A stretch of 63,980 bases of DNA, filler included, from Folioceros fuciformis (taxonomy: Eukaryota), in the NCBI GenBank assembly GCA_049999805.1. It is 7 parts of 7 records of this genome, joined end to end, with 100 filler letters (N's around TTAATTAATTAA, not from the genome) between each part and the next. Parts side by side here need not be neighbours in the genome. Positions count along the whole stretch, not along the records: positions 42,081 to 53,119 come from JBNGIO010001586.1; positions 53,220 to 56,644 come from JBNGIO010001587.1; positions 56,745 to 61,937 come from JBNGIO010001588.1; positions 62,038 to 63,980 come from JBNGIO010001595.1; 3 more parts are not named here. One strand, written 5' to 3'. Position numbers and translations under genes: made by a program. Positions 52,292-63,980 of this stretch are shown here, piece by piece (positions within the stretch are counted from its first letter, which is position 1; every line of letters starts with the position of its first letter). The notes beneath the pieces are model-generated. The model saw only the letters and a program-made list of their open reading frames with translations. It searched no databases and was not told where the DNA came from.

Positions 52292-54553
52292 TTGCGTCCG
52301 GTTCCGTCGGAAGAAGCGGTAGCCACTACCAAGCGTTAAGCCAAGATGTTCACATCAATTGGAGCGCTCCATCCTGCGTGTGTCGGTCCTCAAGCCGGCA
52401 ACAATTGCCTGAAAACATAGCCGACCGAGACAGAGTGGACACCCGACCTAAGGCCACGAAGGAGCGTTCTTGCTCCTCCCCATTCCAGAGCTCCGCTGCC
52501 CATCAGGCGTCCCTATCCAAACAATTCCATTGTCACTGGCCAACTGTGTCCAATTGGTGGACGGCCGTGATGGGCACCACGAGAGCGAGCTGGGAGGCGA
52601 GGACCGTACATAAGCAACACGGCAAGACGGCAATAGGCCCCCTCCGTTCACCTGGCCGTAACTCTGATCCTCCCAAATGAGAATGCAAATGCCCGTCGCC
52701 CAGAGCTGACTCGGCGTGATTGACCGGCGCCCGATGTACGCCCCCTGAGCCACGACACCGCTCAGTCAAAGGGAAGCAGCAGCAGCAGCAGTCATTCACA
52801 GACAATAAGTGGGGTGGCACAAAATTCGATCTGCCCACATTCCCAGCCCGATTGTGGGCAAATTACGATTCCAGCTCACATGAGGAATGCACCTGGCACC
52901 CAGTCACACGCGTTCAAATTCCCAAGTCCCACAGCAGCATCCGACAGCAGGTAGGACAAAAGGCAGATGCTTTGGGGCTCCGCAACCCGAGGAGGCGGCT
53001 TGCGCACTGCGGCGCAACGCAAGAAGCGCGGGCAAGCTAGGCGAAGGTGGCGGAGGAGGCAGCGCAGTGCAGTGAAGCAGTCAGAGGCGCATTTGGTGCA
53101 GGAGGAGGAGGAAGAGGAANNNNNNNNNNNNNNNNNNNNNNNNNNNNNNNNNNNNNNNNNNNNTTAATTAATTAANNNNNNNNNNNNNNNNNNNNNNNNN
53201 NNNNNNNNNNNNNNNNNNNTGAATTTTCACCTTATCCATGGCGGAGCAGGGGCCTCCGCGACCTGTAGCCAATGCCGAGCCTCCAGTAGCCACGCCCACA
53301 AGCCTCAGATCCTGCACCTAAGCCCTACCGCTCTAAGCCCTAACACGGGTCCGGCGCCCGGAGACCATGTGCCCCACCCTGGTGCCGCAAGCCCGGGGCG
53401 ATAAAATTCGATTTCCCGCGGCGACGCAATTCGATTTCCAACGGCCTCCGCACCCGATGGGCCGGCGCTGAGAAGAGGAGCGCAGCGCAGAGTGTCGCGA
53501 GGCCCCCGGCCCCAGGAACAAGTCCCGCGGCAGGTGGGCACAAGGAGCGGCGCTCGGAGTCCCCCGCCAGCCCGCTGTACGGGCGCCCGCTCTCGCCCCC
53601 GCACCTGCTGCACAACCCACCTGCAATGCCCGCCGCGTCACACAGCAGAAGGAGAGCAGGGCAGGGAGCCGTAGCGCGGGCGGAGAGCGGATCCAGCGGC
53701 TCGGGGAGGGCAAAGCATTCGGGCTGTGTTGGAGGTCACTGGTGGTGGTCGCCACCCATGACGACGTCCCAGGCAGGCCGAGAAAGGGAGGACGGGAGTG
53801 GGAGGAGCAAGCGCAGCGGAAGAGGGTATGCGAAAGAGCCGAGTAGCGGCGAAGAGGAGAGCAGGAGTGAAGAGAGGAGAAGAGAAAGAGCCTAGTCCGT
53901 CTGAGGGGCTCGGTTTGAAATTGGTACATACAGCCACACCAGTGGCAGACTAGGGCTGTGCTGGGCAGCGAGCTTGAATAAGTAGGCCGTGGCCGTGGCC
54001 CTGGCCCAGACACTGGGCCCCTGCTCGTGCCATCGTTCTCATCACAGCCATTCGCTTTCAAATTTCAACTCGCCTCTTTAAATTAAGGGTGCCAACGTCC
54101 CGACTCCCAATTTCAGTATCTCTGTGCAATTAATCTCCACAAAATGAACTTCTTAAGCCAGCCACGAACGTGCATTACGTACATTCTGTATTCCAAAGCA
54201 ACACCTTGAAAGAAAAGATAATGGCTGAAGTAGAAGAGTCATGAATGGAATCTCACTCGTTTTCTTCTCCCAAGGAAAGACCAAACATCTTTTTAGGAGT
54301 TGTTCACCCTTGGAACACGAAGCGTACTACAACATGCTATTAAAACTAAGTCCTACGAGATTGCAATACACGATATAGTTATGTCATGCATGCAATACAA
54401 ACAATTCAATATCGGGTGCCATAAATGATCGTGTACTATGAACAAGAATATGTACCTAGATATGTTCAGTGTTGGATAATGACAATTCTGCAGGGAAAAA
54501 CAATGCAATGAATTGACATTGCAAGAGCCGAGCCGTGAGACATTAGAGAGCCT

Positions 54554-56644
54554 ACGGCACGGCACGACAAGACAATAGTACGGCACGGCACGACAAGACA
54601 ATAGCACGGCACGGCACGACAAGACAATAGCATCACGACAAGACAATAGCATAAAGAATGAAACGACAAGGTAGAGGAGGACACTAGATAGTGCACGACA
54701 CAAAAAGACAATAACCTAGAGTTATGGAAGGACAAAAACCTAGAGGTTGTAATTGTCGACAGGGTAGAGAAGGACACTAGATAGTGCACGACACAAAAAA
54801 GACAATAACCTAGAGTCATGGAAGGACAAAAACCTAGAGGTTGTAATTGTCGACATGGTAGAGAAGGACACTAGATAGTGCACGACAAGAAAGGACAATG
54901 GCTTGAAGAATGAGGCAACACGGAAGAGGAGGACACTAGATAATTTACAGCAACCAAGGACAACATCCTAGAGGATGAAGCGACAAGGTGAAGGAGTACA
55001 CTAGATATTGTCCTTCCAAACGATACATAGAACTGTCGAGGGCCATGGAATAAGCGCAAAGGAGGATATCAGAGTGTGCACGGCATGGAAGCACAATAGC
55101 CTAGAGGCCTCTAGAGGGACAAGGTTAGGGTAGATAAGGATAGTGAGGGAAAGCCTTGAGTTGTTGAACAAGTGAGGGTGAAGTCTCACTCCCAAGGATC
55201 CTCTAGAACATAAGATAGAGCAGAGCATGGAAGCACCATAGCCTAGAGGCCCACGAAGGCACAAGGTTAGGGTAGAGGAGACCACCTCACTCGCATGGAT
55301 TCTCTAGGACATTAGGTAGAACACAGCATGGAAGTACCATAGTCTAGAGGCTCCTCAAGGGACAAGGTTAGGGTAGAGAAGGACATTGGGGGAAAGAATC
55401 AAGCTTGGAGCCAATCAGGCCCAAGTCTAGTACAAAGAGAGACGAAGATCTATACTGTATGTATGTTTGTACAACAAAGAACTATATCACAATAGCAAGT
55501 GTAAAGAGAGGCTCAAAGTGTAAATAGAGGCTCAAGTTTGGTATAAAGGGAGAAGAAGATCCGTACCATATGTCCGTTAGTACAACAAAGTACTATATCA
55601 CAATGGCAAGTGTAAAGAGAGAATCAAGTCCGTACAAAGGGTGAGGAAGATCCATACTGTATGTCCATTAGTACAACAAAGTCCTATATCACAAGACAAG
55701 TGTAAGGAGAGCAAAAACTTTACCCAACTTTTGCAAAAAATGTCTAGGTCTTAGTCCTCTAGTTTGCATAAAAGAGAGTTGGTCACAAGAAGTTTCAACA
55801 ACCCTTTTCTTGACCCTTGTATATTTGTATATGAAGCATTTCATATTGGCAAGTGAGGAGAGAATATTCCCTCCTTTTGAAAATATATATTTTAGAAATA
55901 TAAAAATAATTTTAATTAACCTTTAAAGTACAATATTACTTTGATGTAAAAAATTTTGTTTTGATAAGTCAAATATTATATATATATAATGAAGTCAAAT
56001 AGTATATATCTATATATCTATATATATCTAATGAAGAACCCTAATTTAATGTTAGATATGTAGAGAAGGACATCAGAATTCATATCACTGTAATTTAAAA
56101 GGAGGAATGAACAATAGATAATTGAAAACTATTCATTATATGTACTTATTGATAACTTAATTGGTACATATAGTTTATATAACTAATTGAAAGTAGTCCA
56201 AGCTCCAGAAAGGGTTTAGGGTAGGTCTTGTGTGGGGCCTTCTCCCTTCTTTCCATCTTTCTACTTGCCTTGGGTGCCCTTACCCTCTATATTTTTTACT
56301 ATGGAATGTTTATTGCAAGTTCACTAATGAGACAACCATCTTAGCCAGTTCACTAATGAGACAACCATCTTAGCCAATTCAATCCAAAGACAACGATCTT
56401 GGTGGCCAACTTGGGTGCATTGTTGTCTCTATAGGTGAAGTATGTTGGCAGTGATTATGATGCTTATGATTATGTGTGGTTGGCTCATGGAGAGCCAAAG
56501 ACACTAGCTAGGCAAGGTTGGCTCATGGAAAACCAAAGACACTAGTAAGCAAGATTGGCTCGTGATTGGCTCGTGGAGAGCCAAAACACTAGTGGGTAAG
56601 GCTAGCTCATGAAGAGCCAATGACACTAACAGGCAAGGTTGGCT
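54554..56644. repeat. Mosaic of tandem repeats (26 bp x3.5; about 93 bp x2.3; about 90-110 bp x3; 29 bp x2; about 38 bp x4+), probable non-autonomous TE interior
   Basis: ACGGCACGGCACGACAAGACAATAG(T/C) at 54554-54651; GACACTAGATAGTGCACGAC at 54680, 54773 and 54867; GCATGGAAG.AC.ATAG.CTAGAGGC x3; AAGATC..TAC..TATGT..GTACAACAAAG x3; AGTTCACTAATGAGACAACCATCTTAGCC x2; GGCTCATGGAGAGCCAAAGACACTAG up to the gap. Confidence 0.8.
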
Positions 56645-56744
56645 NNNNNNNNNNNNNNNNNNNNNNNNNNNNNNNNNNNNNNNNNNNNTTAATTAATTAA
56701 NNNNNNNNNNNNNNNNNNNNNNNNNNNNNNNNNNNNNNNNNNNN

Positions 56745-59700
56745 TTGCCGCCTATTTACATTCAGCGATTGGAATCCACTCTCCACAAACTCAGGGTCTT
56801 AGAGAAAGATGTCCATAAACATCTCTGCAAATCCAAATCAGAGAACATCTCATTTAGGCAGCAATTAGGTCGGTTAGAAAAGCGAGTCCAACAATTGACA
56901 ATTACATTGCAGGAATCCTCTCAAGAAACATATGCATATTCCCTTTCGACCCCACCTGTCTCAAGCGTAGATCCAGTGGTGTCCCTTGTTCATGATCTGC
57001 AACCTGAGTCATCAAAAACGCAAAGGCCCTATACGCCACTGCCAGAACCAGCCATGCTTGGATCCTACACCCCAATTCCAGAACCCATAGAGTTCATACT
57101 TGAAGGTATTGCCTCCCACTTGCGCAATACCACTGCCGTCCAGTGAGACGGTGCATCTGCAACCTGGTTCCTGCACCCAATCACCACATTGCGTTAGGAT
57201 CTAAACAACGCAATAAGAATGTCAATCAAAATCGAGTTCAAGGACAGGGACAGGTTCAATGGATCAGACTTTGCAGTCTGGCAAATGCGGATGATAGCAA
57301 TTTTTGAAGAGCACGAGCTTATGAACATCGTAGATGGCTCACTTGGACTTCCTTCGTCCAACCCAATACCACCTGCAGGACAACCTGTAGTTGATGTTAT
57401 TTCAGCCTGGCATAAAAAGGACAAGAAGGCCAGAAATATCTTACTTTCAGCACTCGACAGAAATATGATTCAGCACACGCAAGGACAAACGACTGCGCAT
57501 GATGTCTGGAAAGTTTTTCTCGATGTGTTTGCGGCCAAGGACTCTGTGTCTCTTATAAACTGTACACGTATGTTTTACTCACTTCGAATGAAAGAAACTG
57601 AAACAGTGGAACATCATCTCCACCGTTTTCGTACCTTGCGGGCTCGTTTGGCTGCAGCAGGAGAAATCTTGACCGAGTTGAAGGCAGCTACTGTTTTGTT
57701 GACGTCCTTACCACCAAGTTTCAGGACGTTTGTTAGTTCACAATCAACCTTGTTAAGACAACTGGGTTCATATGTAACTCTGTCGGAGGTCATCGGAGCC
57801 CTACTGGAAGAGGAATCCAGTAGGATTGGGACTGGAAGACCGTCTACATCAAATCAACAGCATGTGTTATATACCTCTCGCAACCGAGGCAGAGGTAGAG
57901 GACGAGGACAGAATTTTGCTCCTTGACGTCCATATCTAGGACACCAAAACACTTATACTCCTCGCAGAGTTAAAGGCCCATGTAACTGGTGCCGTATCCC
58001 AGGGCATTTTGAGAATGAATGCCATAAGAAACTTGCAGGCGAGCCTCGTCGACATGCAGTACAAGTCGAAACACATGTAGCTGTTAGACCATCACCGACA
58101 AACAATAGCAACAAGCATCCGACGATACTAGCAATATGTTTATCTCTTACCAGAGCTGCCGCGAATATGTGGTTCCTCGACTCCGGAGCCACTAATCATG
58201 TCTGCCAATCACGGGACATGTTCTCTACTTATACCTCCTCCCAAACAAGTCAGTTCGTGTTATTGGGAGATGACAGTGGTCTGTCCATCCAGGGGACAGG
58301 TGAGATTCCACTACACCTAAATCATGGCCACAGCATATTGCTCACAGGGGTACTACATGTCCCCAATATGACGAAGAATCTGCTTTCTGTTCACAAATTG
58401 ACTTATGATCATAGCCTGCATATCATTTTTACCCCTTTCTCCTGTACAGTCTCACCAGTTTCACAACCTTCTCTAACGTTGGCAAACGGTTTCCCATATC
58501 ATGACCTTTACCACCTGCACGTAACCACGAATGATAGTAAGTCCCAGAAACATGCACAACAAACCTTTGTTGCAGACGCTAGACCTGAAGTGAGTCCCAC
58601 TTTCCTTTGGCATTGCAGGCTGGGTCACCCTAGCCTAGCATACCTTGATCGTGTCGTGCAGCATAAGGACTTGTACAAGGATGGACTTACCCTTAAACCT
58701 GATGCCACTTTGTTTTGTGAAAGCTGTCAAATAGGGAAACTCACACAAAAGCCATATAATGACCCTTTACCAACTAGAGCGACCTCTTTGTTAGAAGTGG
58801 TCCACTCGGATGTGTGCGGTCCTATGTCCACTCAGTCTTTTGGTGGCGCAGTTTATTTCCTATCTTTCCTGGACGAGTGGAGTCACTTCTGCAAGTTATA
58901 TTTCCTGCACAGCCGACAACAAGTATTCAGCAAGTTTTGCGAATACACAGCTATGGCAGAAACACAGACGGGGTGTAAGATCAAGCGTCTTCGGACAGAT
59001 AATGCTAAGGAATACCTCAGTTCCGAGTTTTTGGACTTTTGTAAATCAAAAGGCATTGTGCACCAGTTGACAGTGCCATATCATCCTCCGCAGAATCCTT
59101 TTGCCGAGCGCTATAACAGGACACTACAAGAAAGGACAAGGGCTACACTTACAGTGGCTGGCCTAACCCGGGGGTATTGGGCTGAAGCGGTAGATTCTGT
59201 TAACTATGTAGCAAATCGCCTTCCACTGAAGCCCTTATTCAATATTATGCCTTTTGAGCGATGGACTGGACACAAGCCCCGCATAAGCCACCTCCGGATT
59301 TTTGGCGCTGTGGCATACGCCTATGTACCTGCAGACAAACGTTATAAGATGGATAACAGAGCTACAAAACATGTCTTCGTTGGCTACTCCGACCACATCA
59401 AGGGTTACAAGTTATACAATCCCGTCACTAGGGACTTATCAATTGCTCGCAGTGTGAGTTTCAATGAAACTTTTGTTCTTCAGTCACACTCACGCACAAG
59501 CTCAAGTCATGAACCCTTACCTGTATCCTCTGTCTACGGCCATACTCCAGCAGATTATTTCTCTGATCAGCCTATCCAGTTAGACCTGGAGGACACCTCT
59601 TTTGTTCTTTCTGACTATGACTCTGAAGAAGCACAAGTCACAGTACCTTCTACCCTGGATAATCCACAGCCAGCCTCGACGAACAGATTGAACGATGGCC

Positions 59701-61937
59701 TCCCACCTGCCGAGATAAACATGCCTTTGCCTGAGAGGGATGATCTAGGTCTTACAGAAGCCACTGATCCGGGAGCTCCAGAGCAAATGAATATACCTTT
59801 TCGTTGTTCTTCACGTCCTCATCGTCCTCGTTCAGCCTGGCTAGACCCCCCTTACGAGCCTGGTGATTCCTTAGTCTCCCGGTCTGCTGTTGACGTTAGT
59901 GTTTTCGATAGCTCACGTGTCAGCCTAGCCCAAGTGTCTCAGCACACAGCCATGACCATTATGGAACATCCTGACACGCCACTCACATACAAGGAAGCTC
60001 TCAGTTCCCCACATAAACATGACTGGCAGAAAGCAATAGATAGCGAGTACAAATCCTTGATGGATAACCACACTTGGCGACTGGTTAAATTACCAGCTGG
60101 GAGGAGAGCCATTACCAGCAAATGGGTCTTCAAGTTGAAGCTACATCCAGATGGGTCTGTTGCAAGGTACAAGGCCCGCCTTGTTGCTCGTGGCTACACC
60201 CAAGTGCAAGGTCTTGATTACAACGAAACGTTTAGCCCTGTCGTAAAGCCCACATCAATGCGTATACTACTATGTTTTGCCATACAACAGGGACTTCTTG
60301 TCCATCAGATGGACGTCAAAACAGCCTTTTTAAATGGCCCTTTAGATGAAACTATCTATATGGAGCAGCCAGAGGGTTATGTGTTTGATCCTGACCTTGT
60401 CTGTGAACTCCTCAAATCCATTTACGGTTTGAAGCAGTCAGCTCGTGTCTGGAACGGCCGGGTTGATGCGAAACTTCGTGCACTTGGTTTCCAGCCAATC
60501 ACTGCCGACTCTAGTGTTTATATTCTGCACAGGGAAAACCAGTTGTGCATTATAGCATTATATGTGGATGATAACTTCATATTCGCCAGTGATGATGGGA
60601 TACTTACGTATATCAAATAGCAGCTTTCTGAAGAATGGGATATGACGGATGTCGGCCCTTTACGTTTTGCTCTAGGGATTCAGTTCTTCTTCGACCCCAC
60701 AGCACACTCGGTTACCTTGTCCCAGGAACACTTCATCCGCCAGATCTTGACCAAGTTCACATTGCAGAATATCAATCCTGTGTCAACTCCTTCTGCATCC
60801 GGCGAAAAATTATCTCTGGCAGACTGCCCTACTACAGCATCGGAAAAGGCTGAGATGTCAATGATACCTTATCGGGAAGTTGTCGGCCGCTTACTGTACT
60901 TGGCCAGTTGGACTCGGCCCGACATCTCACATGCTACTGGACTTGTCTCACGTTTCCTGTCTAACCCAGGGAAACGACATTGGGTGGCAGTCAAACGAAT
61001 CCTCCGTTACCTGAAGGGAACTAGTAATCGTTGTTTGAAGTATACCAAGGCAGATAATTTTTACCTTACCAGTTACTCTGACGCAGATTGGGCCGGAGAC
61101 ATTGACAGTAGGAGGTCGATTGCTGCATACTGTACCCTTTTGTGCGGCTCCGCCATCAGTTGGCAGAGCAAGAAGCTCTCCACTATTAGCCTCTCATCTA
61201 CTGAGGCCGAGTACAGTGCACTCTCCCTGGCAGCTCGCGAAATAACCTGGATAAGACAGTTTCTTTTAGACATCAATATGGAGCAGCAACGGCCAACTAT
61301 ATTACAGTGCGACAACCAGTCCGCAATTGCACTCTCTGCAAATCCGATCCTCCACGCACGCTCCAAGCATATCGAAATCCAGTTTGATTATATTCGGCAA
61401 GCTGTAGAGCAGAAAGTAATCCAGCTCAGTTACGTACCTACAGCTTACAATGTGGCAGATTTGTTTACGAAAGGCTTAGCCAAGCCACTACATGAGCAGC
61501 ACACGCGGTCACTTGGTTTGGAGGAGATGGAGATTTTCTCCCCTACAGAATCGGAATCTGCATCAACACAATTTACTGCTAGATCAGACTAGCATCTCAT
61601 CTGCATCGGGCTTCTCCTGGATCAAGCCGGTACGATACAACCAGTCAGGAGGAGCTGTATGCTATGGCACAGAAACTAACCGTCTGCCGGTAGTGGTGGG
61701 GCGCAAGCGTTATCAGCAGGTCACTGTCAGCTCCACGTCTGTCACGGACGAGCCGTCACGGGCTTCATGGTGCTATGGTGATGTTTTGGTGGCGCGCATC
61801 ACTTCTACTCCTCTCAACTGTGCGCAGTCTCTCCTTTCTCTGTTTTCCTCTGCCAGGTATGTGATGTGCTTCGCCCTGGAGAATTCCGAGCTAGGGAGCT
61901 ATCACAGTAACCGGGGCGCACTCCCAGGATCGTCGGA
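56745..61937 (+). mobile_element. Ty1/Copia LTR retrotransposon, truncated by gaps, with in-frame stops
   Basis: Gag FNGSDFAVW; zinc knuckle CNWCRIPGHFENEC; protease WFLDSGAT; integrase LWHCRLGH, HSDVCGP, LRTDNAKEY, AERYNRTL; RT YKARLVARG, QMDVKTAFL, LYVDD; RNase H YSDADWAG, TEAEY, ADLFTK. Domain order PR-IN-RT-RH. Putative PPT AGGAGGAG (61647-61654) followed by TGT, a possible 3' LTR start. Confidence 0.95.
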
Positions 61938-62490
61938 NNNNNNNNNNNNNNNNNNNNNNNNNNNNNNNNNNNNNNNNNNNNTTAATTAATTAANNNNNNN
62001 NNNNNNNNNNNNNNNNNNNNNNNNNNNNNNNNNNNNNAACCCCCCACATAATATCTCCACTCCACACCAGACTCCTGGAGCGGCAGACCACACCCCGAGC
62101 ACTGGCTCCTGTACCAGTCCTTGCTCCCTGCCCCCGCCGTGGAGCATCTCCCACTACAGACGTACCGCGTAACTTCCGTTGGCGGGAAAGGTAATAAATA
62201 CAACCGTCAGGGCATGTTAACCGGAGTCACGCCGTCCTGCTGCAGCTCTGCAAGCACTGCGACACCAGGCCCAGGTCCAGAGCGCAGACGGGGAGTCAGG
62301 GAGGAGAAGTTAACGCTCACGCAGGGCGTACCCGAGGAGGATTTTGGACCCACCACGTGTCCCTGGTGCTGGTGCCGGTGCCGGGCTCACGCGCCACACA
62401 GCCACTCAACTCAAGGCTGCCCGCTGCCCGCTGCCCGCCCTGCCCCCTGCCCCGCTGCCCGCTCCTCCCAGGCCGCTGAGAGTAATGCGC

Positions 62491-62564
62491 CTATGCGTGT
62501 GGTGGAAGGTAAAGGCCTTGGCCTTGGGACCGGCCCGGTCGCGGGTTCGAATCCCGGAGCGTGA
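62491..62564 (+). pseudogene. Degenerate tRNA-like sequence (tRNA pseudogene or SINE head)
   Basis: A-box-like TGGTGGAAGG and perfect B-box/T-arm CGGGTTCGAATCCCG. Acceptor and anticodon stems are imperfect. Confidence 0.5.
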
Positions 62565-63980
62565 CGGGAAAGCAAAATATCTCGCATGGTACCCTCCCCA
62601 GGTCGGCTCCCCGCCGGGGCTACACACTCGGAGTGGGAGTCAGAGCCTGGCGGACTGGCGGAGGCTTTCGTGGCGGGAGTGCGGCTGACGTGCCGCCGCT
62701 AACGGCTCCGCTGAGGCCCACTTAGCGGACGTGGCAAGTTAAGAACTCGCTCGCTCTGGTTACAATATGGGTTAATGCTCCACGTGTGTGTGACAGCTTC
62801 CAGGCCTCCACGCGCCCTTCCACGCCATTTTTCTAGTCCCTTCCGCCCTTCCTTCCTTCCTTCCTGTCTGCCTGCCTCCCTTCATTCCTTCCTTCCCTCC
62901 TTCCCTCCTCCCGCAGTACTGTACTTGTTTGCTTCCCCCTTATTTCGCATTAGGAAGCTGACAATCAGCAGATTAGCCGGCGCCTTCTCCTTCTACTTCT
63001 CCTCTCCCTCGGTTGTTGCTCCGCCCGGCCACTGGGTTTATCCGCCCTGCCCTCCACCAGCAAGCCAGTAATCTCACTCACTCACTCACTCACCAGATTT
63101 GATTCATCTCGTCGATACGATTCGTCGAAGACTTTGAAGTGATTCACTTCATCACCACCCAGCACTTTTTATTTCCCCCTTTCCTCATCAGGTGAGGAGC
63201 ACCAGGGCGGTGCATCAAATTGCTGGATCTCACTCGTATCAACATACTTTATAATACTAAGCTTCCTTCCTTCTTGCATCATTTTTCAAGCACTGTCAGT
63301 GCACTTTCATTTAGCCTCCATTTGTGCTGTCATGGGCACTACCAAACAATTATCTCACTAACCGCCCAACTATCTTATTGTAAGGAATATGTTGGCAATC
63401 AATCAAACCCCACGGCTCTCTCCAATACCTCCCAATACCTCCATCATTTCTCACCAATCTTCCCAACACTTGCTTCAACATCATAATCACCCAAAACTCA
63501 TTGTTGCAGAAACCATCATACTTCCTCCCCATTCTTATGCAAACATGCATACTGGACACTCGATGCTAATCAATCGCGGTGGCAGCTTATTCTTCCAATT
63601 TGGTCTCTTCCTGTTTCTTCATGAGGAGCCTCCAGGATATCCATCCTGGATCTTTACAATTTGAATATTGATCTGTGTAGAAGTAAACGAGACCATGAGA
63701 GCTTTGTCCGGTGATGGAGAACGGAATGAGGCGCCATTGTCATGTACAATACGAAAGTGGTTACAAGGAACGAGACGAAACGAAACGGAACGGGAAGGGA
63801 CGGGACGAGCCGGGCCGGACGCGGCCTGGCCTGGCCTGGCCTGGCCCGGCCCGGACCGGCCCACTTCGCTCCGCTCGTGAAGGTCAGGGCGTTCGGACGA
63901 GGGGGGGCAGTGGGGCCCGCCTGGGCCAATCGTACGCAGGTCGCGCCGTTCGGACGGGAGAAAGATGCTCGGTGTACGGC

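Noticed and set aside
53333-54061. 242-aa ORF and overlapping ORFs
   Set aside because: GC-rich promoter/5' UTR-like sequence. At most a minus-strand first exon (ATG GAT AAG then GT, near 53239) runs into the gap, which is too little to call.
54554-54651. CRISPR-like array
   Set aside because: Head-to-tail repeats without unique spacers, in a eukaryotic context.
57924-60626. Programmed readthrough or U-to-C editing of the Copia stops (TAG-CAG-CTT resembles UAG-CAR-YYA)
   Set aside because: The stops fall inside Gag and RT domains, and U-to-C editing is organellar. C-to-T decay is the simpler explanation.

Overview
Eukaryotic nuclear sequence from a land plant with compact genes and short introns (about 70-150 bp). 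The style of the PLS-class PPR and the GC-rich microsatellites suggest a bryophyte, possibly a hornwort (inference). The window is seven contigs joined by artificial 100-bp linkers (N44-TTAATTAATTAA-N44), so gene order across gaps is not reliable. Protein-coding content: an 11-exon M1AP-like gene, SDIR1, a 1140-aa PLS-PPR with a decayed DYW remnant and an inverted PPR pseudogene beside it, cytosolic LysRS head-to-head with NAPRT, PTB, ABCG26, a partial coiled-coil gene and a CW-type MORC ATPase. RNA genes: U4 snRNA and a telo-box/TATA-preceded snoRNA cluster (two U14, one snR67/U31-like, orphan candidates and an unexplained ~250-nt structured RNA). Repeats and mobile DNA: a tandem-repeat mosaic, a Ty1/Copia element with four in-frame stops, and a tRNA-like/SINE head. 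Family assignments come from recalled motifs; no database search was run. The best leads for something undescribed are the M1AP-like gene and the structured RNA at the head of the snoRNA cluster. No complete novel multi-gene system could be demonstrated.
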